From Candidatus Brevundimonas colombiensis (lineage in GTDB: Bacteria > Pseudomonadota > Alphaproteobacteria > Caulobacterales > Caulobacteraceae): a stretch of DNA of 64,000 nucleotides. The position numbers and the translations under genes are program-made. How positions within the stretch are numbered: position 1 is the first letter of the stretch; every line of letters begins with the position of its first letter. Shown here in pieces: positions 56,131 to 64,000 of the stretch. Below the pieces are notes generated by a model. That model saw only the letters and a program-made list of their open reading frames with translations, was not told where the DNA came from and did no database searches. The stretch is from assembly GCA_029202665.1 (NCBI GenBank), contig CP119326.1, positions 589,092-653,091 of the forward strand. Reading direction: 5' to 3'.

Positions 56131-56167
56131 AACAAAATAGTTGATTTCATCGCCGGACCATGAAACA
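56127..56167. promoter_or_regulatory. AT-rich operator candidate ATGAAA-N12-TTTCAT plus a third ATGAAACA half-site
   Basis: Inverted repeat 56127-56150 and direct repeat at 56160-56167 between two XRE genes. Confidence 0.45.
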
Positions 56168-56175
56168 TATCCGTT

Positions 56176-56577
56176 ATGGTCAATCGTCGTCGAAATCCGT
56201 TTCCCCGCGCCGCCGAGCCGGTCGATGTCTTCGTCGGGGCCCAGATCGCGGCGCGGCGCATGGCGTTGGGGCTGTCCCAGTCGGCGCTTGGCGATCAGGT
56301 GGGCGTCAGCTTCCAGCAGATGCAGAAATACGAAAGCGGCCGTAACCGCATATCGGCGTCCCGCCTGCATGGATTGGCTGTCGCACTGGGCGCGCCGGTT
56401 CAGGCCTTCTTTCCCCAGCGGGTCGAACCGTCGCACGACCCGGACGTCGCCCTGGTGCACGCGGTTTGCGCCACGGCCGAAGGTCGGACGCTGGCGTTGA
56501 GTTTCGCGCGAATGGAAAGCCGGGCCGTGCGCCAGGCTGTCACGCAGCTAGTAGAGGTTCTGGCCAAGGCCGCCTAA
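56176..56577 (+). CDS. XRE family HTH regulator (Caulobacter Rtr/Cdx-like)
   Basis: VDVFVGAQI..RR..LGLSQ..LG..VGVSFQQMQKYESGRNRISASRL. Confidence 0.9.
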   Translation: MVNRRRNPFPRAAEPVDVFVGAQIAARRMALGLSQSALGDQVGVSFQQMQKYESGRNRISASRLHGLAVALGAPVQAFFPQRVEPSHDPDVALVHAVCATAEGRTLALSFARMESRAVRQAVTQLVEVLAKAA

Positions 56578-56586
56578 AAGGCCGCC

Positions 56587-57279
56587 ATGAGACTTCTGGT
56601 TATCGATACGGCGCTCGGCGCCTGCACGGCGGCGGTGTTCGAGGATGACCATGCGCTGGCCCTGCGATTCGAGCCGATGACCAAGGGTCACCAGGAACGG
56701 ATTGGCGGCATGGTGCGAGACGTAATGGCCGAGGCGGGGGGCGGTTTCGACGGGCTGGACCGGATCGGCGTCACCGTCGGCCCTGGTTCGTTCACGGGTC
56801 TGCGCGTAGGTCTAGCCTTCGCCCAGGGGCTGGGCGCCGCGCTGGACCGGCCGGTGGTCGGGATTTCGGCGCTGGACGGCCTGGCAGGTTCGCTGACCGA
56901 GGATGGATCGCCTGTCGCCGCCCTGATCGACGCGCGCCGGGGACAGGTTTACACTAAACTGTTTGTCGACGGCGTCGCCACCGGCCCGGACGAAGCCCTG
57001 ACGCTGGAAGAGGCCGCACAGCGGGCCGCCGCGCTTGGCCCCGGTGTACGCTTAGTCGGCAATGGGGCGCCGGTTCTGACCGACGCCTTTCCTGATCTGA
57101 AATACGCCCTGATCGACGACCGTGCGGCCCCCTCGCCAGAGGCTCTGGCGCGGCTGGCGGCAACTGCCGATCCCGCGCTCAACCTGCCCAGACCGCTTTA
57201 TCTGCGGGCGCCCGACGCCACTCCGCCCAGCCGTTTGCCGGGGCAGCCGCGTCAGCCCGCCGCCTCCGCCGCAACATGA
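56587..57279 (+). CDS. tsaB: t6A biosynthesis protein TsaB
   Basis: LVIDTA, GHQE, VGPGSFTGLRVG, IDARRGQVY, PLYLRAPDA. Confidence 0.95.
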   Translation: MRLLVIDTALGACTAAVFEDDHALALRFEPMTKGHQERIGGMVRDVMAEAGGGFDGLDRIGVTVGPGSFTGLRVGLAFAQGLGAALDRPVVGISALDGLAGSLTEDGSPVAALIDARRGQVYTKLFVDGVATGPDEALTLEEAAQRAAALGPGVRLVGNGAPVLTDAFPDLKYALIDDRAAPSPEALARLAATADPALNLPRPLYLRAPDATPPSRLPGQPRQPAASAAT

Positions 57280-57704
57280 CCGCGCCCGCCCGTCTGACCG
57301 CTCGTCTGGCCGCCCTCCACGCCGAAGCCTTCGCTGCGCCTTGGAACGAGGCGGAGATCGCGGATCTGCTGCAACAGGCCGGGGTGTTCGCGGTCGAGGA
57401 GGCGGACGGCTTCATCCTGATTCGCGTGGTGCTGGACGAGGCGGAAATTCTGACCCTGGCCGTGCGCCCGGAGGCGCGTCGCGTTGGTCTGGGCGGACGG
57501 CTGGTCGGACACGGAGCGCTCAGGGCGGCGCAGGCTGGGGCCGTGCGTCTGTTCCTTGAAGTGGCTGAGGATAATGTCGCCGCCCGCGCCCTTTATCAGC
57601 GGGCGGGCTTCGCACAGATCGGGCGGCGAAAGGCCTATTATGCGGCCCCGACCGGCGGGCGGACCGACGCCCTGGTGCTGGGTCTGGACCTGACGGTGGG
57701 CTGA
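57276..57704 (+). CDS. rimI: RimI-like GNAT acetyltransferase
   Basis: EAEILTLAV.PE.RR.GLG, FLEVAEDN..ARALY..AGF...GRRKAYY. Confidence 0.85.
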   Translation: MTAPARLTARLAALHAEAFAAPWNEAEIADLLQQAGVFAVEEADGFILIRVVLDEAEILTLAVRPEARRVGLGGRLVGHGALRAAQAGAVRLFLEVAEDNVAARALYQRAGFAQIGRRKAYYAAPTGGRTDALVLGLDLTVG

Positions 57705-57740
57705 AAGCTGAAAGGGGGCAAGGTCACGCTTCCCTGATGC

Positions 57741-57759
57741 GTTGCGAATGCTTATCCTA
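57741..57759. promoter_or_regulatory. Possible Fur box upstream of fur
   Basis: TGCGAAT-G-CTTATCC, a 7-1-7 arrangement resembling TGATAAT-N-ATTATCA. Confidence 0.35.
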
Positions 57760-57764
57760 GGGTC

Positions 57765-58250
57765 ATGGACCGGATCGAAAAACTTTGCGCCGACCGCGGC
57801 ATGCGTATGACCGAACAGCGTCGGGTGATCGCCCGCGTGCTGTCGAACGCCGAAGACCACCCCGATGTCGAGGAGCTGTATCGCCGCGCCTCGGCCATTG
57901 ATCCGCATATCTCCATCGCCACCGTCTATCGCACGGTGCGCCTGTTCGAAGAGGCGGGCGTGGTCGAGAAGCACGACTTCGGCGACGGCCGAAGCCGCTA
58001 CGAAGAGGCGGGCGACGACCATCACGACCACCTGATCGACACCAAGACCGGGGAGGTGATCGAGTTCTTCGACGCCGAGATCGAGCGCCTGAAGGCAGAG
58101 ATCGCCGAACGTCTGGGCTTCCAGCTGATCGGCCACAAGCTGGAGCTTTACGGCGTGCCGATCGAAGGCGCCGAACCGTCCAGCCGTGAAGGCCTGATCT
58201 TCACCCGCCACGCCGCACGGGTCGTTCCGGCCGATGTGGATGCGGGCTGA
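57765..58250 (+). CDS. fur: Ferric uptake regulator
   Basis: MTEQRRVI, DHPDVEELY, IATVYRTVRLFEE, HHDHLID, HKLELYG. Confidence 0.93.
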   Translation: MDRIEKLCADRGMRMTEQRRVIARVLSNAEDHPDVEELYRRASAIDPHISIATVYRTVRLFEEAGVVEKHDFGDGRSRYEEAGDDHHDHLIDTKTGEVIEFFDAEIERLKAEIAERLGFQLIGHKLELYGVPIEGAEPSSREGLIFTRHAARVVPADVDAG

Positions 58251-58304
58251 GCCTGTTACCGCCCCTGTCTTGTCGTCGCCTGTCCGGGCGATCATAAGCC
58301 GCCC

Positions 58305-59720
58305 ATGATCGACACCCTGGTTTCCAAGCCAGCCAAGGCGGCGGACCGGCCCAAGCGTCTGTTCATCAAGACCTATGGCTGTCAGATGAATGTCTATGAC
58401 AGCGAGCGCATGGCCGATGTCCTGCGTCCGCTGGGCTATGCAACGACGCAGGATGTGGCCGAGGCCGACTTCGTCATCCTGAACACCTGCCATATCCGCG
58501 AGAAGGCGGCGGAAAAGGTCTATTCCGAACTGGGCAAGATGCGCGAGCTGCGCGACATCAAGCGCGAGACGGGCGGCGACATGACCATCGCCGTCGCCGG
58601 CTGCGTCGCCCAGGCCGAGGGCGAGGAGATCATGAAACGCCAGCCGGCGGTCGATATCGTCGTCGGCCCTCAGGCCTATCATCAGCTGCCCGAGCTTCTG
58701 ACCCGCACGGCGCGGGCGCGGGGCGAGCGGATCGGCGCCGACTTCGCCCCCGACGACAAGTTCGACGCCCTGCCCGCCGCACGCTTCACCGAGGGGCCGA
58801 CCGCCTTCCTGACCGTGCAGGAGGGGTGCGACAAGTTCTGCACCTTCTGCGTCGTGCCCTATACGCGCGGCGCCGAATGGTCGCGGCCGATGGCGGCGGT
58901 GCTGGACGAGGCGCGCCAGCTGGCGGATCGCGGCGTGCGCGAGGTCACCCTGCTGGGCCAGAACGTCAACGCCTATGACGGCGAACGGGCGGATGGGAAA
59001 AAGGCGACCCTGGCGGAACTGGCCTATGCCCTGGCCGAAATCCCCGGTCTGGACCGCATCCGCTATACGACCAGCCACCCCAATGACATGAGCGACGACC
59101 TGATCGCCGCCCATGCCGATCTGGACGCCCTGATGCCCTATCTGCACCTGCCGGTTCAGACGGGGTCGGACCGCATCCTGCGGCTGATGAACCGCAAGCA
59201 TGGGCGTCAGAAATACTTCGACCTGATCGACCGCATCCGTCAGGCGCGGCCCGACATGGCGCTGGCGGGCGACTTCATCGTCGGCTTCCCCGGCGAGACG
59301 GACCGGGAGTTCGAGGACACGCTGGATCTGGTGCGGCGGGTGAACTACGCGGGGGCCTTCGCCTTCGCCTATTCGCCGCGTCCCGGCACCCCGGCGGCGG
59401 GCATGGGCAAGCAGGTGGAACCGGAGGTGGCCAGGGAACGGCTGCACCGCCTGATCGCCCTGCTGACCGAACAGCAGACCGCCTTCAATGAATCGCAGGC
59501 CGGAAGGACCCTGAACGTCCTGTTCGACAAGCCGGGGCGTCATGCCCACCGTCGTCAGGCCGTCGGTCGGTCCCCCTATCTGCAGTCGGTTCACGTCGAT
59601 GACGCGGATCATCTGATCGGCCAGATCGTTCCCGTCGAGATCATATCGGGCCAGCAGAACAGCCTGCACGGCCGTCTCATCACCGAAGGGCGCAAGGCCC
59701 AAAAAGAAAAGGCGGCCTAG
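58305..59720 (+). CDS. miaB: tRNA 2-methylthio-N6-isopentenyl-A37 methylthiotransferase
   Basis: [45 protein letters not shown]-terminal TRAM domain. Confidence 0.97.
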   Translation: MIDTLVSKPAKAADRPKRLFIKTYGCQMNVYDSERMADVLRPLGYATTQDVAEADFVILNTCHIREKAAEKVYSELGKMRELRDIKRETGGDMTIAVAGCVAQAEGEEIMKRQPAVDIVVGPQAYHQLPELLTRTARARGERIGADFAPDDKFDALPAARFTEGPTAFLTVQEGCDKFCTFCVVPYTRGAEWSRPMAAVLDEARQLADRGVREVTLLGQNVNAYDGERADGKKATLAELAYALAEIPGLDRIRYTTSHPNDMSDDLIAAHADLDALMPYLHLPVQTGSDRILRLMNRKHGRQKYFDLIDRIRQARPDMALAGDFIVGFPGETDREFEDTLDLVRRVNYAGAFAFAYSPRPGTPAAGMGKQVEPEVARERLHRLIALLTEQQTAFNESQAGRTLNVLFDKPGRHAHRRQAVGRSPYLQSVHVDDADHLIGQIVPVEIISGQQNSLHGRLITEGRKAQKEKAA

Positions 59721-60706
59721 TGGCGCGAGAATCCGAATTCGTCCCGTTGAACGACGCCGAGCTGCGCGCAGTCATCGGGCCGAACAGCCGCCACGTCGCC
59801 CTGATCGAGGACGCCTTCAAGGTGTTGGTCGAGGCGCCGGGCGGCGGGGTTTCGGTCAATGGCGGCACGCGCGACCGATCCGACGCCCGCCGGGTGATCG
59901 AGGATCTGGCCAAGCGCGCGGCCCTGGGCGCCGAGGTCACTGAGGCCGACGTGCGCGCCGCCCTGGGTCAGGCGCGGGGCGGCAAGGGCACGCCGGGCAT
60001 GGCGGCGGCGGGCGTGTCCCTGCCCGGCGGCAAGCGCGGCGCCATCGTGCCCAAGACCAAGGCCCAGGCAGCCTATCTGGACATGCTGGGCCGGTGCGAA
60101 CTGTCGTTCGGCGTGGGGCCTGCGGGCACCGGCAAGACGTTTCTGGCGGCAGCCTATGGCGCCTCGCTGCTGCGGCGCGGACAGGTGGACCGGCTGGTCA
60201 TCACCCGCCCGGCGGTCGAGGCGGGCGAGAAGCTGGGCTTCCTGCCCGGCGATCTGAACGAGAAGGTCGATCCCTATCTGGCGCCGATCTGGGAGGCGCT
60301 GAACGACATTCTGGGCGCCGAGGACGTGCAGCGGCGCCGCGACAAGGGCGAGATCGAGGCCGCCCCCATCGCCTTCATGCGGGGCCGCACCCTGAGCCAC
60401 GCCTTCGTCATCGTGGATGAGGCGCAAAACACCAGCCGCCTTCAGATGAAGATGGTCCTGACGCGGCTGGGCGAAGGCGCGCGGATGGTGGTGACGGGCG
60501 ATCCGTCGCAGATCGACCTGTTGAACCCGCGCGATTCCGGCCTGGCCCACGCCCTGCGGATTCTGGACGGGGTTCAGGGCGTCGGCATCCTGAAGTTCGA
60601 GGCTTCGGACGTGGTGCGTCACGCCATGGTCGAGCGGATCGTGCGCGCCTATGACGCCGACGCCGCGCGCGGACGGCCTGCTCCGGACACCGAAGACCCC
60701 GCATGA
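59720..60706 (+). CDS. phoH: PhoH/YbeZ family ATPase
   Basis: GPAGTGKTFLA, TRPAVEAGEKLGFLPGD, AFMRGRT, DEAQN, VVRH. Confidence 0.95.
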   Translation: MARESEFVPLNDAELRAVIGPNSRHVALIEDAFKVLVEAPGGGVSVNGGTRDRSDARRVIEDLAKRAALGAEVTEADVRAALGQARGGKGTPGMAAAGVSLPGGKRGAIVPKTKAQAAYLDMLGRCELSFGVGPAGTGKTFLAAAYGASLLRRGQVDRLVITRPAVEAGEKLGFLPGDLNEKVDPYLAPIWEALNDILGAEDVQRRRDKGEIEAAPIAFMRGRTLSHAFVIVDEAQNTSRLQMKMVLTRLGEGARMVVTGDPSQIDLLNPRDSGLAHALRILDGVQGVGILKFEASDVVRHAMVERIVRAYDADAARGRPAPDTEDPA

Positions 60707-61170
60707 CCGCTCGCACAATCGAAGTCGAGGTCGAGGCGGCGGCCTGGACCGACGCCCTGCCGGACGCCGCGGCGGCGGCCGAACGGGCGGCCCTCGCCGC
60801 TTTGGGTACGGTCGCGGGCGATGTCGTCATTCTGTTGACGGACAATGAGACCGTGCGCGACCTGAACGCCCGCTTCCGCGACAAGGACAGGCCGACCAAT
60901 GTCCTGTCCTTCCCGGCCAATGAGAGTGCGGCGCCGCATCTGGGCGACATCGTCCTGGCTTACGGCGTCTGCGCCGACGAGGCCGCAGCGCAGGACAAGA
61001 CCCTGGCCGATCACCTCAGCCATCTGGTCGTTCACGGCGTGTTGCACCTGCTGGGCCGCGACCACGAGGACGACGCCGAGGCCGAGGAGATGGAGGCCGA
61101 GGAGCGCGAAATCCTGGCCGACATCGGCGTGGCCGACCCCTATGCCGCAGATGCCGAAAGCGCCGACTGA
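60703..61170 (+). CDS. ybeY: rRNA maturation RNase YbeY
   Basis: RDKDRPTNVLSFP, HLVVHGVLHLLGRDH, ME.EE..IL. Confidence 0.96.
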   Translation: MTARTIEVEVEAAAWTDALPDAAAAAERAALAALGTVAGDVVILLTDNETVRDLNARFRDKDRPTNVLSFPANESAAPHLGDIVLAYGVCADEAAAQDKTLADHLSHLVVHGVLHLLGRDHEDDAEAEEMEAEEREILADIGVADPYAADAESAD

Positions 61171-61171
61171 C

Positions 61172-62821
61172 ATGATGATCGACGCCCTGCTGGACCGTTT
61201 CGCCGCGCCGATCCGCGCCTTGCCGGACAAGAAGCGCACCCTGATCTGGCGTCTGGTCCGCATTGTTCTGGCCCTGGTTGCGGGGGCAGGCACAGCCTTC
61301 GCCCATCCGCCGTTCGGGGTGTTGATCGGCCTGTTGGGCTATCCGCTGCTGATGATCCTGTCGGAGCGGTCCGACACGGTGCGCGGCGCCTTCTGGATGG
61401 GCTGGCTGGCCGGATTCGCCTATTTCTTCGTCGGCTGCTGGTGGGTGGCCGAGGCCTTCTTCGTCAATCCCGAACAGGCGTGGATGGCGCCCTTCGCGGC
61501 CAGTTTGCTGCCTGCGGGTCTGGGCCTGTTCTGGGGCGCGGCGACGGCGCTCTATCGCCGGTTCGCCCCCATCGGATCGGTGCGGGTCCTGTTGTTCGCC
61601 GCCCTGTTCTGCGCCGCCGAATGGCTGCGCGGCCATGTGCTGACCGGGTTTCCGTGGAACCCGGCGGGCGCGACCTGGAGGGCGGGCGGCGGCATGTCCC
61701 AGTTCGCCTCGGTCGTCGGGGTCTATGGGCTGAGCCTGGTTACGGTCGCCGCCATCTCGGCCTTCGCGCCGCTGGTCGGGCCGGGTCTGAAGCGCGACCG
61801 CCTGATCTCAGCGGGGTTGGGCGCCCTCGCCTTGATTTCTGTCGGCGTCTTCGGCGCGGTGCGATTGGCCCAGTCGGAGCTTCAGTTCACCGACACGGTG
61901 GTGCGTCTGGTCCAGGCCGATGTGAAACAGGAGACGAAATGGTCGCCAGAGACCTATCGCTCCATCGTCGACCGCTATATCCGCCTGACCGCGCAATCGA
62001 CCGCCAAACCGGGCGGCCGTGCGCCCAATGTCATCGTCTGGCCAGAAGGGTCGCTGCCCGCCTCGGCCAACGACGTGTTCGCGTCGCAAGACGCGCGCGC
62101 CATCGCCACCGCCGTGCGGCCCGGCCAGACCCTGCTGGTCGGTCTGGCCCGTGGACAGATCGACCCGACCGCGCCCGACGGCGCCCGCTATTACAACAGC
62201 CTGTTCGCCCTGGCCGATCAGGACGGGGCGGGCCTGCGGGTCGCCGCTGTCTATGACAAGCACCGTCTGGTGCCGTTCGGCGAATACCTGCCGCTGGGGT
62301 CGGTGATGACCTCCATCGGCCTGCGCAGTCTGGTGCATATGCCCAGCGACTTTTCGGCCGGGCCGAAACCGGAGCCGATCTCGATTCCCGGAGCGCCGCG
62401 CGCCCAGATCCTGATCTGCTACGAAAGCCTCTATCCCGGCTTCACGCCCGGTGCGGCGGGACGTCCGGACTGGATCGTCAATGCGTCCAACGACGCCTGG
62501 TTCGGCGCCACATCCGGCCCGCGCCAGCATCTGAACCTGGCCAGCTATCGCGCCATAGAGACCGGCCTGCCCATCGCGCGGGCCACGCCGACCGGCATTT
62601 CGGCCATGATCGATCCCTGGGGCCGGATCGTTGACGGCGAGAAGCTGGAGCCCGGAGTCATGGGCGTGATCGACGCCGCCCTGCCGCGCCCGACCAGGAT
62701 CACCCTCTATGGCCGGTTCGGCGACTGGCTGCTGGCGCTGATGTTGCTAACAGCGTTCACCCTGTCCTTGGCGCCGTCGATCCGACGATCTAGGTTCCGG
62801 CCGAATCAGTCGGAAATCTGA
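61172..62821 (+). CDS. lnt: Apolipoprotein N-acyltransferase
   Basis: LTGFPW, WPE, YDKHRLVPFGEYLP, ICYES, NDAWFG, RAIETG. Confidence 0.96.
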   Translation: MMIDALLDRFAAPIRALPDKKRTLIWRLVRIVLALVAGAGTAFAHPPFGVLIGLLGYPLLMILSERSDTVRGAFWMGWLAGFAYFFVGCWWVAEAFFVNPEQAWMAPFAASLLPAGLGLFWGAATALYRRFAPIGSVRVLLFAALFCAAEWLRGHVLTGFPWNPAGATWRAGGGMSQFASVVGVYGLSLVTVAAISAFAPLVGPGLKRDRLISAGLGALALISVGVFGAVRLAQSELQFTDTVVRLVQADVKQETKWSPETYRSIVDRYIRLTAQSTAKPGGRAPNVIVWPEGSLPASANDVFASQDARAIATAVRPGQTLLVGLARGQIDPTAPDGARYYNSLFALADQDGAGLRVAAVYDKHRLVPFGEYLPLGSVMTSIGLRSLVHMPSDFSAGPKPEPISIPGAPRAQILICYESLYPGFTPGAAGRPDWIVNASNDAWFGATSGPRQHLNLASYRAIETGLPIARATPTGISAMIDPWGRIVDGEKLEPGVMGVIDAALPRPTRITLYGRFGDWLLALMLLTAFTLSLAPSIRRSRFRPNQSEI

Positions 62822-62832
62822 GGCGAGACACT

Positions 62833-63246
62833 ATGGCGCGTGAAATGGACGAGGACATACATCCTGTCGACCGTCATGTCGGCCGCCGCGTTCAGGAAAA
62901 ACGGTTGGACCTGGGCATGACCCAGACGGCTCTGGCCAAGGCCGTGGGCGTCAGCTTTCAGCAGGTCCAGAAATACGAAAAGGGCACGAACCGCGTCTCC
63001 GCCTCGAAGCTGTTCGAAATGGCCGAGTTCATGCAGGTCGGCATCCCCTTCTTCTTCGAGGGATTCAATCGGGCTCAGCCGGGTGTCGCCGAGACGGCCT
63101 CTGCGAGCTTCGTCCACGACTTTCCCACCACCAAACACAGCGCAGAAATCGCGCGCCTTGCGCCCCGCCTTCCTGCGCGCAAGCAAAAGGCGGTCGTGCA
63201 GATCATGCGCGAGATGCTGGATGAAGGCGCCGTCAACGACGCCTGA
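62833..63246 (+). CDS. XRE family HTH regulator (Rtr/Cdx-like) downstream of lnt
   Basis: HPVDRHVGRRV, GMTQTALAKAVGVSFQQVQKYEKGTNRVSASKL, FFFEG. Confidence 0.92.
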   Translation: MAREMDEDIHPVDRHVGRRVQEKRLDLGMTQTALAKAVGVSFQQVQKYEKGTNRVSASKLFEMAEFMQVGIPFFFEGFNRAQPGVAETASASFVHDFPTTKHSAEIARLAPRLPARKQKAVVQIMREMLDEGAVNDA

Positions 63247-63249
63247 AAT

Positions 63250-63729
63250 CTAGCCGACGGCCGTGATCTCGGCCGCCTGCCCCGCCACCATCACTTCATC
63301 TCCGACGCGGCGGCCCATGACGGCGCGCGACAGCGGCGAGACATGGCTGACCGAGCCGGTCGCAGGATCGGCCTCGTCCTCGCCGACGATGCGCCAGGTC
63401 TGGGTGCGGCCGTCGTCGCGTTCGATCGTGACCGAGCCCCCGAAGCGCACGGCGCCCTCGTCTTCGCCGGGTTCGACCCTCTGGGCCGAGGCCCGCCGGG
63501 CGGACCAATAGCGCAGGTCGCGAGTAGCGCGGGCCATGGCGGTGCGGTCGCTCTCGATCGAGCCCTGAACCTGGGCCGCCGTATAGGCGGCGCGAGCCGC
63601 CGCCAGCTCGGCCTCAATCATGGCCAGGCCCTGCGGCGTGACCAGATTGGGGTGGGGCGAGATCGGGCGGTCCGCCAGGTCGGCGGCGGTGGCCTCAAGA
63701 TCTTCTTCTCGGGTGAAGGCGACGCTCAT
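63250..63729 (-). CDS. GreA/GreB-family paralogue
   Basis: MSVAFTREED, PNLVTPQG, DLRYW, VRFGGSVT, IVGEDEADP..G.VSHVSPL.RA..G. Confidence 0.85.
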   Translation of the reverse strand: MSVAFTREEDLEATAADLADRPISPHPNLVTPQGLAMIEAELAAARAAYTAAQVQGSIESDRTAMARATRDLRYWSARRASAQRVEPGEDEGAVRFGGSVTIERDDGRTQTWRIVGEDEADPATGSVSHVSPLSRAVMGRRVGDEVMVAGQAAEITAVG

Positions 63730-63793
63730 GGTACGGAACATAGCGACGCCGTCGCCTATAGCCAGAGCGGACCCGACCGGGCAAAGCGGGGCG

Positions 63794-64000
63794 ATGAGCA
63801 AATCCGTCAGACAGGTTCATGTGATCGGCGCCGGTCCGGCCGGGCTGATGGCGGCCGAACGACTGGCCCAGGACGGGATCCGGGTCGTGGTGCATGACCG
63901 GATGCCGTCGGTCGCCCGCAAGCTTCTGATGGCCGGTCGTGGCGGACTGAACCTGACCCATTCCGAACCGCTGGATCGGTTCGCGACCCGTTACGGCGAC
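63794..64000 (+). CDS. HI0933/BaiN-like flavoprotein, 5' part only
   Basis: VIGAGPAGLMAA, RKLLMAGRGGLNLTHSE; runs off the window. Confidence 0.88.
   Translation, partial: MSKSVRQVHVIGAGPAGLMAAERLAQDGIRVVVHDRMPSVARKLLMAGRGGLNLTHSEPLDRFATRYGD

Noticed and set aside
55474-56586. Prophage or integrative element around the XRE genes
   Set aside because: No integrase, structural gene, tRNA or flanking direct repeat was found.
57252-59702. 816-aa antisense ORF, and similar long shadow ORFs such as 46842-48950, 38598-40226 and 53210-54883
   Set aside because: They lie opposite or out of frame to clearly identified genes, have no recognisable motifs, and are expected in high-GC DNA where stop codons are scarce.

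Overview
High-GC alphaproteobacterial chromosome segment whose gene content and order fit Caulobacteraceae, most likely Brevundimonas (inference). It is mostly core genome: nth, ftsY, nadE, galU, fabI, ffh-rpsP-rimM, nadD-rsfS-rlmH-envC-ctpA, obgE and tsaB-rimI-fur-miaB-phoH-ybeY-lnt. It also carries an EmrAB-TetR efflux unit, phnCDE plus an orphan pstS, two separate polyamine loci (ornithine decarboxylase with a deoxyhypusine-synthase-like gene; carboxynorspermidine dehydrogenase/decarboxylase) and a complete general stress response locus (phyR, nepR, ecfG/sigT, sensor kinase, entericidin). I found no integrase, transposase, tRNA, rRNA, cas gene or CRISPR array. The strongest signals are non-coding and absent from the ORF track. 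(1) An H-type pseudoknot leader abuts the ribosome-binding site of the ornithine decarboxylase gene. (2) A sigmaT-promoted, terminator-bounded ~110-nt sRNA matches the description of GsrN. (3) A 38-bp structured element occurs as a 7-copy tandem array and as an inverted pair upstream of ffh, with compensatory stem changes. (4) Five GGAAC/TGAAC-N16-CGTT promoters are present. All homology calls were made by reading motifs; no database search was run.
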